From assembly GCA_054600435.1 (NCBI GenBank), contig BAAIJX010000041.1, positions 124,001-188,000 of the forward strand: a stretch of 64,000 nucleotides of DNA, given 5' to 3'. The position numbers and the translations under genes were made by a program. Origin of the DNA: Neophaeotheca triangularis (taxonomy: Eukaryota). Positions 51,820 through 63,499 of the stretch are shown in pieces; the stretch's first letter is position 1; every line of letters starts with the position of its first letter. The notes below the pieces were generated by a model. It did not search any database. It was not told the origin of the DNA and saw only the letters and a program-made list of their open reading frames with translations.

Positions 51820-52105
51820 AATAAGCCTCTCCTAAGGGAGAGTACTAATATTAATAAGCCTCTCTTAAGGGAGAGTACTAATACTAGTAAGTCTCCCCTA
51901 AAGAGTAGGGAGAGTACTAGTAAGTCTCCTCTAAAGAGTAGGGAGAGTATTAACCTTCTCCTAAGGGAGATTATTAATAAGCCTCTCCTAAGGGAGAGTA
52001 GTAATACTAAGCCTCTCCTATAGAATAGGGAGCGTAATAATAAGAAGCCTCTCTTATAGAATAGGGAGAGTACTAAGAAGTCTCCTCTATAGATTAGGGA
52101 GAGTA
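51820..52105 (+). repeat. Degenerate tandem repeat (core AAGCCTCTCCTAAGGGAGAGTACT) in the integrase-RT linker
   Basis: About 9 imperfect units of roughly 24-36 bp. Confidence 0.75.
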
Positions 52106-53711
52106 ATAGTAGCCCTTAGTTAACCTAATAGAGGAAGATTAAGAAGATACCTTAATAACATTATTCTTCCCTTAGCTAACTACTAGTAAGAGGAAGAGAT
52201 TACTATCCCCCTAGCCCTCAATATATAAGGGTAGGTAGACCTATAAAACCGTAGAATTATAAGTAGTTATATATAGGAGCTATAACCTAAGCTACTAATA
52301 ATCCTAAGGACTATTACGATATATTTAGTAGAAAGGATATAAGCTAGTAGAAGGCTATAATAATTAAGGAGATTAAAAGCCTTAAATCTACTAGTATAAT
52401 TACTTAGATTAAGTAATTAGAGCTACTACCTAGTAGAAGAGCACTTATAAGGAAGTAGGTATTTAAGCTAAAGCTTCTCTTAAATAGCTCTATTAATAAG
52501 TATAAGGCTAGATAGATAGTAAGGGGATTTTTATAAAAGTAAGGTACTAACTATATTAATACCTTTATACTAATACTAAGACTAGGAATAGGAAGAATCT
52601 TCCTAGCTATTATATTCTAGCTTAAATAGAGTAGAACCTAGATTAATATAGAGATAGTATTCTTAAATCCTAATCTAGATAGATAGATCTTTATCTAGAT
52701 ACTAGGAGGACTTAAACTTATTCTTAAGGATAAGAAAGGAAAGCTTATAAAGATTAATAAGGGCTTATATAGTCTTAAGTAGGTAGCTTACCTCTAGTTC
52801 TAAGATACTATATCTTATCTTAAGTTAATAGGACTAAAGTAGATAAAGTCTAATATATATCTTTTTACTAGTAATAATATACTAGTTTTAATATATATAG
52901 ATAACTTCTAGATCTTTAGCCCTAAACCTAAGAAGATTAAGTAGCTTATTATAGGGATAAAGAAGAAGTATAGTATTAAGGAGGTAGATACTAACCTTTT
53001 CTTAGGCCTATATATTAAGGAGAGTAGGAATACTATTAAGCTATCTTAGAAGTATTATACCCTTAATAAACTTAAAGGGTATAATCTAGACTAAATAAGG
53101 ATAATTAAGTACCTACTTAACCGCTTATATAAACCTTCTAAGAAGTAATATATTTAGTAGGTTTATTATATCTTTAATAAGATAATTAGGGAACTATAAT
53201 TCCTAGTAAACTAGATAAGGCTAGACATTTCTTATATAGTTAACTACTTAGTAAAGTTCCTTTAAAACCTATCTAAGGAGTATATTATAGCTATAACATA
53301 TATCTAGAGATATATTATAAGCACTATAGATAGAGGACTTATCTATAGGAGATAGGAAAGGATTTCTATTAAGGCCTATGTCTGCGAAACTATGGCGTCG
53401 TATATAGCGCTTAAAGCGACTATAAGCGCTATCTACGCGAATGCGCGTCTATAGCCATAAGCTACTACAATCACTAGTCGGGCGTTAAAGCGAGAAAGCG
53501 TCCTACAAGCGACAGCACATAATATAAGCGACAACATAGCGATAACATATAATATAAGCGACAACATCTACTTAAAGTGATAGGTAGAGCTATAAGCAAT
53601 CATAATACCTTCAAGTATGTAGTTATAGACATTCTATAACGCCTATACCACATGACCGTCATTCGACTACATAGCATCGGCTTTAACACATAGTCGTATA
53701 GTAGTAGGTAT

Positions 53712-53814
53712 CGAGTTAACTTCCTACTCGTGACCCGACTCGTAGTCCGACTCGTAACCCGACTTAACACCTAACTTAACGCCTGATTTAACACTCGATT
53801 CACGACTCGACTAA
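53712..53814 (+). repeat. 12-bp-period YGASTCR heptamer array 1 (9 units)
   Basis: Units at 53712, 53724, 53736, 53748, 53760, 53772, 53784, 53796, 53808 (e.g. CGACTCG, CGACTTA, TAACTTA). Confidence 0.85.
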
Positions 53815-53899
53815 CGTTCTCACTTATAGCTTAACTAGAAGTAGCTACATGCCTCTAGTCGAACTAGGTTTATAAGACGAGTTAGCTTAACGAAACTAA

Positions 53900-55968
53900 G
53901 TCGTATTATGAGTCATAATCATGTCGTACTTCATAACCTTAGACGATTTCGTAGTAATAAGCAAAAAAGCGTGTTAGGGACCTAGGATAGGCACGAGTAA
54001 TCGAAGAGTAGGGTAGTAATATAGCAGACTAATAATCGTCTAGCCTTCTAATAGATCCTCTTACTATACTATTACCCCTAACGGCCCGCCCTTCGTAGTA
54101 TGTACTGTACGGATTTTCTCCTAAGTATCGTCGTCAAATGCCTTACATTACCCTAGGTCCTTCCCCTTACTTTCTACGAACTAGTAATGCTATACCTAGG
54201 GAGACACCGCTAGCCTAATCCTAGCTACCATGTCACGTTCTACCTATAGCTAATCATAGGACTGCTTAAGACAATCCTTCTTCGATATCCGATACTGCTT
54301 TGTTACTACCGGAGTAGTAGCCCCTTAGGACAGTTCGGGATCTAGCATAATGTCTCGTTCCTCGTCTATATCACTAAGCCTAGAGCTTACGCGACTATCC
54401 GAGTCGCTATCTAATAGACACCGTTAGTATGCGTTTAAGTAGCGATCGACACATCTCTAATGTACCTCGCACATCCCTATTATTCGAAGCGTTATCGCTA
54501 ACTAGTATGATCTACTATTAGTATCTACTATAATGCGCGATATAGCTTGAAACGTACCTTGTCTATCTCCGTAATCGTAGCGACGATGTCTGTCTACAAA
54601 TAGGTCTCTTGTACTCGCGCTCGCCGACGCTATAGGCTCGATAGGCTTACTAGCCTAAGAACTGTAGCTAAAGCTCTAACTGTCTCCCCCTAGTAGTAGG
54701 GCCTCGATCGGATCGCTTATAACCGACATGTTAGTTAACCTTAGTAATAGCTACCCGCTAACATATGCCCCTACGGCATTATTCGCTCGAGAAACCCCTT
54801 CTAAGTCGACTTCCGAGTCGTCCTCTAATTCGAGGCTCTCTATTATATACGTATATAGGTAGAGATCGGTTCCTATAAGTAGGCCGCCATTAGTAGGGTC
54901 CTTTATGGTGAACACGCGCTATATAAGTATGTCTAATATCTTCTTCTTCCTTATCTCGTCTTACTCGTTCCACTATTGCCATTTTTGTTCGAAAGTAGCT
55001 ATAGCTCTATAGGTATTAATCTTCGAATACGTCGCTATCCCGTTAATAGCGTTCACGTAGTTAGTCCCTTTAGATATGCTCTCGATTACTATGTATAGCG
55101 TCGTGTAGGTACTTATTAACAGGTATGTAGTTACCTATTCGAACATACCCCTCGTATATAAGTACGAGCCTACTATGCCTTTGTTATAGAAACTCTCGTT
55201 AAGTGCGGTGATTATAAAGGGGGACAAATATCTTTTACGCTGTTACTAACGTTAGACATAGACAGGTATAGTTTTGGTAACACTTACCCTATCGCTGTCC
55301 TTATACTCGAACTTGTTGTTCTCTAGTAATGATAGCGCCTATTCCCGCTATACTACTATGTCTAACCCCTATGTACTTATCGCCGCGGTGATCTGTTTCT
55401 TAACCACTATGGTCACATTGTTCTTAAAAGAGCGTACACCTTCCCGGATCTGACCTTAACATTAGTCGTGTCTTTAGTAGTACTATATTCGTAAGGCGCT
55501 TACTAAATCGAATGCTTCGTCGTGTACTGTCTCCCTAACGCGCTTTCGCTTATTTGCTAGCAACGCATTACGGCATTTATCCTACTATAGGCTCGGAGCG
55601 CGCTCTATCTATTTATATGCCTCGATAACTAGGTTAAACACTATAAGGCTATCTAGCCCTAGGGCCGAGCTAGCCTATACTACTTACTTTAACAGCTTGT
55701 ATACCTTAATGTGGTTATCGTTAGGCTTCTACGCTCTACTCGTTTTCGTTACTCCTCTACTAGGAACTGACCGCGATAGTGTTATATATAACTATGAGCT
55801 ACGCGAGTCGCGTCGATCTAGACGGTGTAGTTATTGTCTGTCCTTAGGCTCGCTAGAACTCCCGCGCTGCCTCGGCGCGTCCTTCGGGGTAGCCTTTCGT
55901 AGGTATACCTAGCTAATATGCGGTTAGATATATACTATAATAGAGTTAGGCGACTTACGCGGTAGCAT
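53900..55968 (-). pseudogene. RIP-mutated intron-containing gene of unknown function (ORF-A); 3' boundary approximate
   Basis: ATG at 55968; frames broken mainly by TAA/TAG; GTAAGT...CTAAC...CAG intron near 55240-55287; reads LLENNKFEYKDSDR/RKRYLSPFIITALNESFY. Confidence 0.45.
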
Positions 55969-56391
55969 CTTTTGCCTAGTTCCCGTTACTCGGTTTCCTA
56001 TAGTATAGCGTAGTTATATGTCTTATTAGGGATAGATAGGGCATAGTTACTTATATTAATTAAGGCTTTTAATTTAGCGCTTAGTAACGAGTAGTGTAGT
56101 ACGACTAGAGGGGGATGTGTAAACGCTATCTTCAAGTTCCTCGAGAATATACGCATATAAGGGAAAAAGAAGATAAAGGGTATAGGGGAAAGGTATTACT
56201 CCGGGCTTCGTCGCGACGTGTTACTTATTGTCGGGATTTCGCGTTATGTCCTAGGTGCTACGGGGATTTGTCGTCTTAATTAGTTAAGACCTAAACCTTA
56301 AAGAATGACCTCTATAACTCTCCCCTAACCACCTTATATGTAGTGGTGTGCTTAGGCTCCTTTAAGCCCCTATTAATACCTATATACGGAT

Positions 56392-56489
56392 TAAGCTATA
56401 GATTAAGTTAGAGTTTAAGTCGTAGATTAAGTCGTAGATTGAGTCGTAGATTAAGTCGCAGCTTGCGAATTAAGTCGTAAACCGAGCTG
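56392..56489 (+). repeat. 12-bp-period heptamer array 2
   Basis: Units at 56392, 56404, 56416, 56428, 56440, 56452 (TAAGTCG/TGAGTCG), plus two offset units at 56471 and 56483. Confidence 0.85.
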
Positions 56490-56500
56490 TAAAACATATC

Positions 56501-57290
56501 ATGTTCGGTCTCTTAGAACGAAACCTCTACTATACGAGCCCCTCTACTAGGAAAGATACCTATTCCTATGCCGTTAGGATAGGTAGGCCTACCTACTACG
56601 CTAGTAGCTAGTAAACGTATAGGCTCTAACCTCTTAGGCCTTTATCTATTATTCGACCGCTAGACTAGCGCCTCGCTAGCTCCTCCTAATAGTAATAGGG
56701 CTATTAGCCTCGCTCGTAAGCGTCGCCTATCGTCTATATCCCTACTACCTAGTCCGACCCCCGTTAGGCCCCCTCGTAAAGGGCTATGTGCCTATCGCTA
56801 GAGCTAGGCACACCGCTACTAAGCGTAACCCCCCTAGCGTCTATTCTCGACCATAACTCTAAGTCCGCCTTTAAGTAGGCCTCGTTTAAGTGACACCCTT
56901 CGTCCTAACGACCTCGAAGACGCCCTAGTGGGTATAGTAATACTACTACCCGATAGTAGTTAAATGAGCAAATCTTAGTCTAAAGAGCTAGGGGTACTAA
57001 ACAGGAGAGACTTTAAACACGCATCCTCTTTTAACATAGACAAGGCGGTTAGAGCTAGCGACTATCTACACACTAAACTAGAGACAAGGATAGATGCCCG
57101 TCTACTTCGCTATAATCTAGACCTAGAGGTAGTGACCAAGAAAACACGTTGTCCTATTAATACGGTAGCTACTATTAGGTAGTTATATACATGTCACCTC
57201 TACTAAAGAACGATGAAGTGTATAGGCTGCCTATAGCCTAGTAGATAGGATATGATAGCTTTCTACTAGCGTTCGTTGTCAATTGTCGAG
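56501..57290 (+). pseudogene. Possible RIP-mutated gene relic (ORF-B), unknown product
   Basis: ATG right after heptamer array 2; coding-like stretches such as RPNDLEDALVG and FNIDKAVRASDYLHTKLETR with RIP-type stops. Confidence 0.3.
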
Positions 57291-57329
57291 GGTTATATAC
57301 CGCTTTTTGTATTAAGTTCTAGCTAACTT

Positions 57330-58102
57330 AATCTATCGGTAGTTACATTAAAACTATGTTCTGTCTCTAATATATTTAAGAATCGCTTAAAGTCTAGATC
57401 GTTAATGCTAAAGTGCGGCATTTGTCTTATAGACTAGCTCCTCGACAGCTCGTAAGGACAGCACACTAGTTTATACACCCCCCCCCTTAATGTTATAGCT
57501 ATTATACCCTACCTTAGACGCTCGCTATCACTTAGGTTACGGTAAGGTCTATAGGGATACTCTATCGTTACTACCTCTTTAGTCTTTCCCGCTTCTTTAC
57601 ATAGCACATTTGACTTAGTTGTCGACTCGGTTTTCGACTCGTGTATTGACTTAGGTACTAACTTAAGTCCCGATTTAGGTGTTATACGCTACCCGCCGTA
57701 CTGTCCTAGTGACTACCCTCTCTTCGCGGGCTTCTAGCGCTATCGAAAATTCGCATATATATAGTAAACTAGTGTCTTAAAGGCCCTTGATCCTATTAGT
57801 GTCCCTATACCTATAAGTACACTAGGATATTTGTTCGTGATACTAGGACTCTAAGATATTGCGGCGACTAGCTCGCTTTACATAGTGTCCTTCTCGGTTA
57901 TAGAGCGAAAGGTGTTACTAATCTATCCTACCTATGTCATTATCTACTCCACTATAGCATATAGCTTAGTATACGCGTCTTCGTCGATGTTAAGGTTACT
58001 CGTGATCATCTTAATAGACGTGTTCCTGCCTATTCTTAACGAACTCGTCCTCCTCTTCGCTAACGGCCTATTCGCCTAGTGCTTGCTACTAAGCCATAGC
58101 AT
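57330..58102 (-). pseudogene. RIP-mutated gene relic (ORF-C), unknown product
   Basis: One frame from ATG 58102 with only TAG/TAA stops for about 220 codons (NLNIDEDAYTKLYAIVE...); includes heptamer array 3 in frame. Confidence 0.4.
57611..57677 (+). repeat. 12-bp-period heptamer array 3 (inside ORF-C)
   Basis: Units at 57611, 57623, 57635, 57647, 57659, 57671. Confidence 0.85.
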
Positions 58103-58728
58103 GTTTTCGTGTCCTATTAATTATTCGACGCATTTTGTTATCGAGCCGGAAGTACGTAGAGGGGGCATAAAGGCTTACGCGTTTAACGTTCATAGTTGTT
58201 TACAAGTTATATGTTACTAGTAGGTATAGTATCTAGGTATGTAGGTGCTAAACGCTTATTTAGCCGGCTTCTAAATATAGGGGCACCTTACCTAGCTCTA
58301 CGGTCTTTATCTCCTACTACCTTAGACAATACCTAGTGTACTATTAGATGCGTAAACCCTACTGGTATACTTTACTCTACTGTAATCACTTTGTCTAGTC
58401 TATATAGAGTACTGATTACAGTATAAAGGGAACTTGATATAAAAGCTAGCCGTAAACGGTAGGGAGGAGAACATTATACATAAAGAGCTTTCACACTCCT
58501 AATTACTCGTGATAGCTGCATACAGACTCGTGAAAGAGACTAGTATTATCAAAAGGCTTTAGGGTCTGTCCCTTTAACGTACTACGGTAAAGAGTTAAGT
58601 ATTATTCCCTCGACCCGACTACGTCCCTTTTCACTCGAGTATTTACTACCCTATATGTATTGCTTATTAGCTATTACCTACGCTACGGCAACCTTCGAGG
58701 GAGAAAGCACTAAAGTTCTAGTAAAACA

Positions 58729-58795
58729 TCACTTAACATTCGACTCGACATTCGACTCGACATTCGACTCGACACCTAACTCGACTACTAACCTA
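58729..58795 (+). repeat. 12-bp-period heptamer array 4 (upstream of the SNF2 relic)
   Basis: CGACTCGACATT x2, CGACTCGACACC, TAACTCG...; units at 58729, 58741, 58753, 58765, 58777, 58789. Confidence 0.88.
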
Positions 58796-58899
58796 ACATT
58801 AGTCTACATTCTTTAACCGCACATCTATACCGTAATTGTCGACTACTCGCATTAGCGACCTATACCTACTCTTATCTATTACTACCCGACCCTATATTA

Positions 58900-61800
58900 G
58901 TCCCTATAGCTCGGCGGCTACATGTACCTTCGCTAGCGGAAAGCTTCTAGTCCCGCGACGACGCGATTTAGTGGCTTAAGGTACACGGCGACTCTAACGG
59001 ACCTAGTCTAAAGCATTTATTTAGCCTTTCGCTAACTAAGTTTACTACCTTATGCGATAAGGCCGTAGATACTCTTAAGAATGCGTTCTCCCCTTACTCT
59101 ATTACTAGTCGGCTTCCTTATCTTTACTAAAAGAATTACTATAAGCATATCGCGGCTAAGATTGCGCTTTTCAACTAGGATTAGTACTAGTAGCTTCGCC
59201 TAGTATAGGAGAAGAACAATTAACCTACCCCTACCTAGTTTAATGAAACCATGATGTGTAGGGGCTAGCTACAAACCGGTAGGGAGAACGATAAAGACTA
59301 TAACTTCTCTACTATCGGATAGGTACTCCTCTACTATACCGCCGCGAAGTATAAGAAGACTATTAAGGAAGAAGAGAGAGAAGACCGTTTAATTAGGATG
59401 TCATTATAGAGCTGTCGCTTAACTTCGAATAGCTCTCGTCGATTATCCGGTTCTTCTACGCATAAAGTTACGTTAACTCTTAGTACTACGTCGTTACTCG
59501 CACCTCTATATCTCATAACATCCCCCGGTGCCTACCCTACGACTCTCGATATTCCTTCGATTAGACCTAAGCCTAAGCTTTCTATAGTGTCGGTCTTTGT
59601 TACTCGAGTGTCCCTATATCCTCTCTCTAATAGCATCCGCCTTTAAACAGTAATTTTCGGTTATGCCTAGTACCTTAGTCCCGCTATGTCGTAGGGATTT
59701 ACGATAGACAGTTTCAAGGACTTTTGTAGTAGAAACTTTAAGGGTAAAGAGTTATATTAGCTTAAACTACCGGCATGTAAGCTATAGGTCCTCTAGGATA
59801 GGATAAGCATTAAGGCTACTATATAGGCCCTTTATAATTGCATTAACATAAGGCGGAATAGAGAAGGGCTAGATCTGTTCCTTATAGAGTATCCTAATTT
59901 GTTCGAACGACTACCTAGCTAGTATTAGGAACCTTCCCTCGCGATAGCCGAACAAGAGATAATCATACCTTAATCGGATTTGCTTAACTCTAAAATGTTA
60001 GACGCCCTAGATTATTCTAGAGTTATAGGCGACAATGAAGATGTCGGACAAGAACCTCCTCGTATACTACCGAGTATAAGACGCAAATCGCCTCCTAAGC
60101 CGCGTCGTAATAGTCCCGAGTTACCTAGCAAGTCGAAACGCGAGTGACCTACCGAGTCAATTCCTAAGTCAAGTCCTAAATCAAGTCCTAAGTTAAGTCC
60201 TAAGTTAACTCCTAGTAAGGCCCCTTTATCTAAGTATATACTAAAGGATGCTATAGCACTATCTTCGTAAGCCCCTACCGCTATACCCGCTTCTACTCCT
60301 ACGGTTATCGTAAACACCTTTCCGTTCATGATCGTCCATGATCTAACTACCGTGGCGCTCTAGCGAGGCGTTACTACTAATAAGCCTATAATTAACATTC
60401 TTACTTTTAGTAGAGGATCTACTATAGTGAAGAAGAGGGACAATAACGGCAATAAAATAGAGGAGCTCGTTCGCTATAGTAAGACGTATAACTAGGATTT
60501 GGTTAACTAGATAATGTTAAAGGCTAACGTAGGTAGTACCCCTATACCGGTTTCTAGCGATAGACCTCCTTCTATAGGCGATAATAAGGAGATTGATGCG
60601 ACTTTAGGAGACGAGAAAAACGCGGTCGAGAAGATACTAGGTTTAATAGCCTAAGACCCTATATTGTAGAACATAGTATATAAGTTCTTCGGTTTCGATC
60701 CTTAAGAGGCCGACTCGAGGAGTATAGTCTAGTACCCTAGGTAGAATAGGCAGAAGGCATTAAAGGCTTACTAATTCTACACTATTGCCTTTATCCTTAA
60801 GAGGCTCGCCCTAGGACATGACGTCGCCATCATTGCGTTAGGAATAGGTCTTAGAAAGACACCGATCGGCCTAGTAGTCCTAGACCTACTACGCTATATA
60901 CAATGTGTACCTAGGGCGAATAATCCCCCTAATTCGGGTATCATCCGCCCTTCTACTCTCTTAGCTAGATCGGTAACCGAGTCGGTTTTATCGCCTAGTA
61001 CCTCTTACCGTAAGAAGCTATAACAACTCGCTAGTATAGATTATGAACTAGACGTCCGCACTAGTGCTATGCTTATTATCTTCTATAAGGACCTTATCCT
61101 CGAGTGGGTTATAGGAAGACGTCTCTTCCTTACCGAGGATAAACCCTAGTTAATTATCGTATAGGGCCTACCTTTTATAGCTACGGAGAAGAAACCCGGC
61201 AGTCGCTTCTATAGCTATGTGCATTATAAAGGCGACATACGCATAACCTAAGCGTCTATTTAGCGAGAGCTAGTAAAGGTCTATAGCGTAGTAGACATTT
61301 AATAATGGTAAGATAACGACAGGCATGTTCTAGTAAAAATACTTCTCTAGCGCCTAGACATAACTAGAGGTCAGATATGTCTATAGTAATAACACTTCTT
61401 TATCATTACTATAAAGGAGTCGATTAACAAATGTATCTCTAGCTTCGATCACTCTACTAGACAAGATGTACTAGGTCATCTTAACGCGGAATAGGCATAT
61501 ATGATAATCGACGAGTTTCACGAGGTTAAGAAACATAAGTCTACACCCTAGCCTACTGTCGGTCGTCTCTATAGAAACCTAGCCATTATTGCTATAAGCT
61601 TAACGCCGTATTCGAAGACTAGGCATATCGGACCCCTAACTATAGTACTATATATAAGGTACTTCGATGTTACTAAGACTATCCTAGGGAAGAAGGGTAT
61701 ACTAAGTCGGACTATAAAGGCTAGGTTCTCTAACCTAAAGCACTATGAATTTACCTCTAAAAACCCAAATCTTAAGTTTAAGCCTACCGTTAGTAGGGTA

Positions 61801-62898
61801 AGGCAGAAGATAATTAAAGAAGACTATTACCTTGACATAGACAGCCTTTACGGGTTAGTTAATAGTTATATAGAGAAGCCTCTTAAAGAAGGTAGAGTAG
61901 GAAACGACAGTGAAATGCTACCGGATATTACCGATTACATTAAGGATTTTAGTAGATTCATTAACCTATAGTCTATCTAGTTTGATTCTAACTTCGAATA
62001 GAAGCAAGTAGCTAATAAGCCTAGTATGCCTATCGTCGATATGCCGGCCTATATAGCCTTCGACATTTAGTATTCTTTTAACAAGAATACTATCTCCGAG
62101 ATAGCGTTATACTAGAAGACAGCTATAGCTAAAGTAGGCGAGTTCTTACCGTCGGTACACGAGTTCCGGACCCTTATAGCCTTTCCGATACTCCTTAACC
62201 TATATAACGAGGACTCCGACCTTTCTAAAGAGCTCGGGTCCTTTACTATTAAAGCTATGAAAACGATATTTCGATAGCGAGAGGAGATGTATCTTTAGGC
62301 CTATATAGATAAGCTGTATAATACTAAAACGATGCTGTTAATCCGTTCGATTATATAAGCATTCCGTAAGTTACCTAATACATTAGGAAAGAAACGTAAA
62401 GTCGTCTTCGCGGCTCACAAACTATTTAACCTTGTAATCCTCTAGCTATATCTCGTCTACCTTAGTAGACTAGATAGTTATGATGCGCTTCAAGACGAGG
62501 ATAATATCGCCATAGTCGCATCGTGGGCATAGAGTCCGACCGCTAACTAAGAGAGGATAAAGGCGTTTACGACTATAATAAATAAGTCCGAGGGTTACGA
62601 AGACAAACCCTTTATCATAGTAGCATCTGTTACTTAGATCAAGTCTAGTATATCTCTTCTACCTACTAATGTCGTGGTGTAGCTCGATAGTAACTAGGAT
62701 CTAGTAACGGATTACTAGCTTACTAGCTATATATAGCGTAACGTATCGGTATAGGCAGCGAAGCATACGGAGAGCTTTAGGCTAGTGCCGTTCACTAAGG
62801 ATGTTAAGCTCGTATACTAGTAGTCTTTGTCCTATACGAGTCTCTAGACTATAAAAAGTCAGATTGACGAGGTAGAGGCTATAATAGGCATAGTTTAA
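58900..62898 (+). pseudogene. RIP-inactivated intronless SNF2-family (SF2) helicase/ATPase, about 1300 codons
   Basis: One frame contains Q-motif LKA(HQ) ~60760, Walker A G(M)GL(G)KT 60841, Ia MLII..DLILEW ~61070, II MIIDEFHEVK 61501, III IAISLTP ~61590, IV RKVVFA ~62395 and V/VI S(G)ISLLP(A)NVVV(Q)LD(G)N(W)D(P)..D.(Q) 62644-62740. Confidence 0.85.
60117..60207 (+). repeat. 12-bp-period heptamer array 5 (inside the SNF2 ORF; encodes ESxP repeats once de-RIPed)
   Basis: Units at 60117, 60129, 60141, 60153, 60165, 60177, 60189, 60201. Confidence 0.85.
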
Positions 62899-63041
62899 CA
62901 CGACGTTACTATAGGGACGGGATAGATGCGACTAGGGCATATAGCCTATACGTACATTTTAGGTATTTAGTAGTAGCATATATAAGGCGAACATTTTAGT
63001 TAGAGACACGTTGATTTGCTAGCCGTCTTATAAGTCGTGTT

Positions 63042-63172
63042 CGAGTCGACACCCGAGTTAACACCTAAGTTAATACCTAAGTCGAGACCCGAGTCGAGAC
63101 CTAAGTCATATTCATATTTCATCTTGAACCTATTACCTAACCGAGTCGACAACCGATTCGGAAATCGTTTCG
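63042..63172 (+). repeat. 12-bp-period heptamer array 6 (downstream of the SNF2 relic)
   Basis: Units at 63042, 63054, 63066, 63078, 63090, 63102, plus a short run at 63142, 63154, 63166. Confidence 0.85.
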
Positions 63173-63499
63173 AATACCTAGTGATAATAGAGTAAAGTAA
63201 ATACGTAGTATCCTTATACTAAAGGGTTAGTACCTATAGTGCTAGTGTAGTATGTAGAACAATCGTTTGATAATTAGAAATATGACCATGTACTAATAGT
63301 AGTTTAAATGCACGAGGGCTACAAACCTATAACGTACGCTGTTTTGCCGTTTTCGCCCTTATTTCTATGATATAGTATGTCGTAATAAAGACTATAGTCA
63401 ATCTTTACCTATTAGACTACTCTTACTACATACTACTCGATCAATACGACCTTGCTGTTAATTGATCCGTTTTACCTAAATCTTAAACTCTAACCCTAG

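Larger units (their letters stand above)
49128..53378 (+). mobile_element. RIP-inactivated Ty1/copia LTR retrotransposon, interrupted at the start of RNase H
   Basis: De-RIPed motifs occur in copia order: protease ILDS(G) ~50372; R(WHQ)RLG(H)I ~50823; integrase I(H)V(D)IV(G)PI ~51006, S(D)N(GG)EF ~51201, TP(EQ)N(G) ~51288; RT K(W)VFKLK ~52453, YKAR(W)xVRGF 52501, LY(G)LK(Q) 52765, Y(V)D(D) 52894; ends ..I(E)AY at ~53378. Confidence 0.92.

Noticed and set aside
53379..56000. Starship captain (DUF3435 tyrosine recombinase) or an LTR retroelement at the nested element's left end
   Set aside because: I recognised no recombinase, gag, RT or PBS motifs, and the first gene points toward the terminus. 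A Starship identity remains possible only if the captain lies beyond the window.
50084..60329. ORF-track calls inside the RIP block (50084, 55697, 57885, 59334, 60012)
   Set aside because: They are antisense to the actual relic frames and arise from RIP-biased composition.
53712..63172. 12-bp arrays as CRISPR arrays or telomeric repeats
   Set aside because: The context is eukaryotic, the 7-bp repeat with 5-bp spacer is far too short, there are no cas genes, and the unit is not TTAGGG-like.
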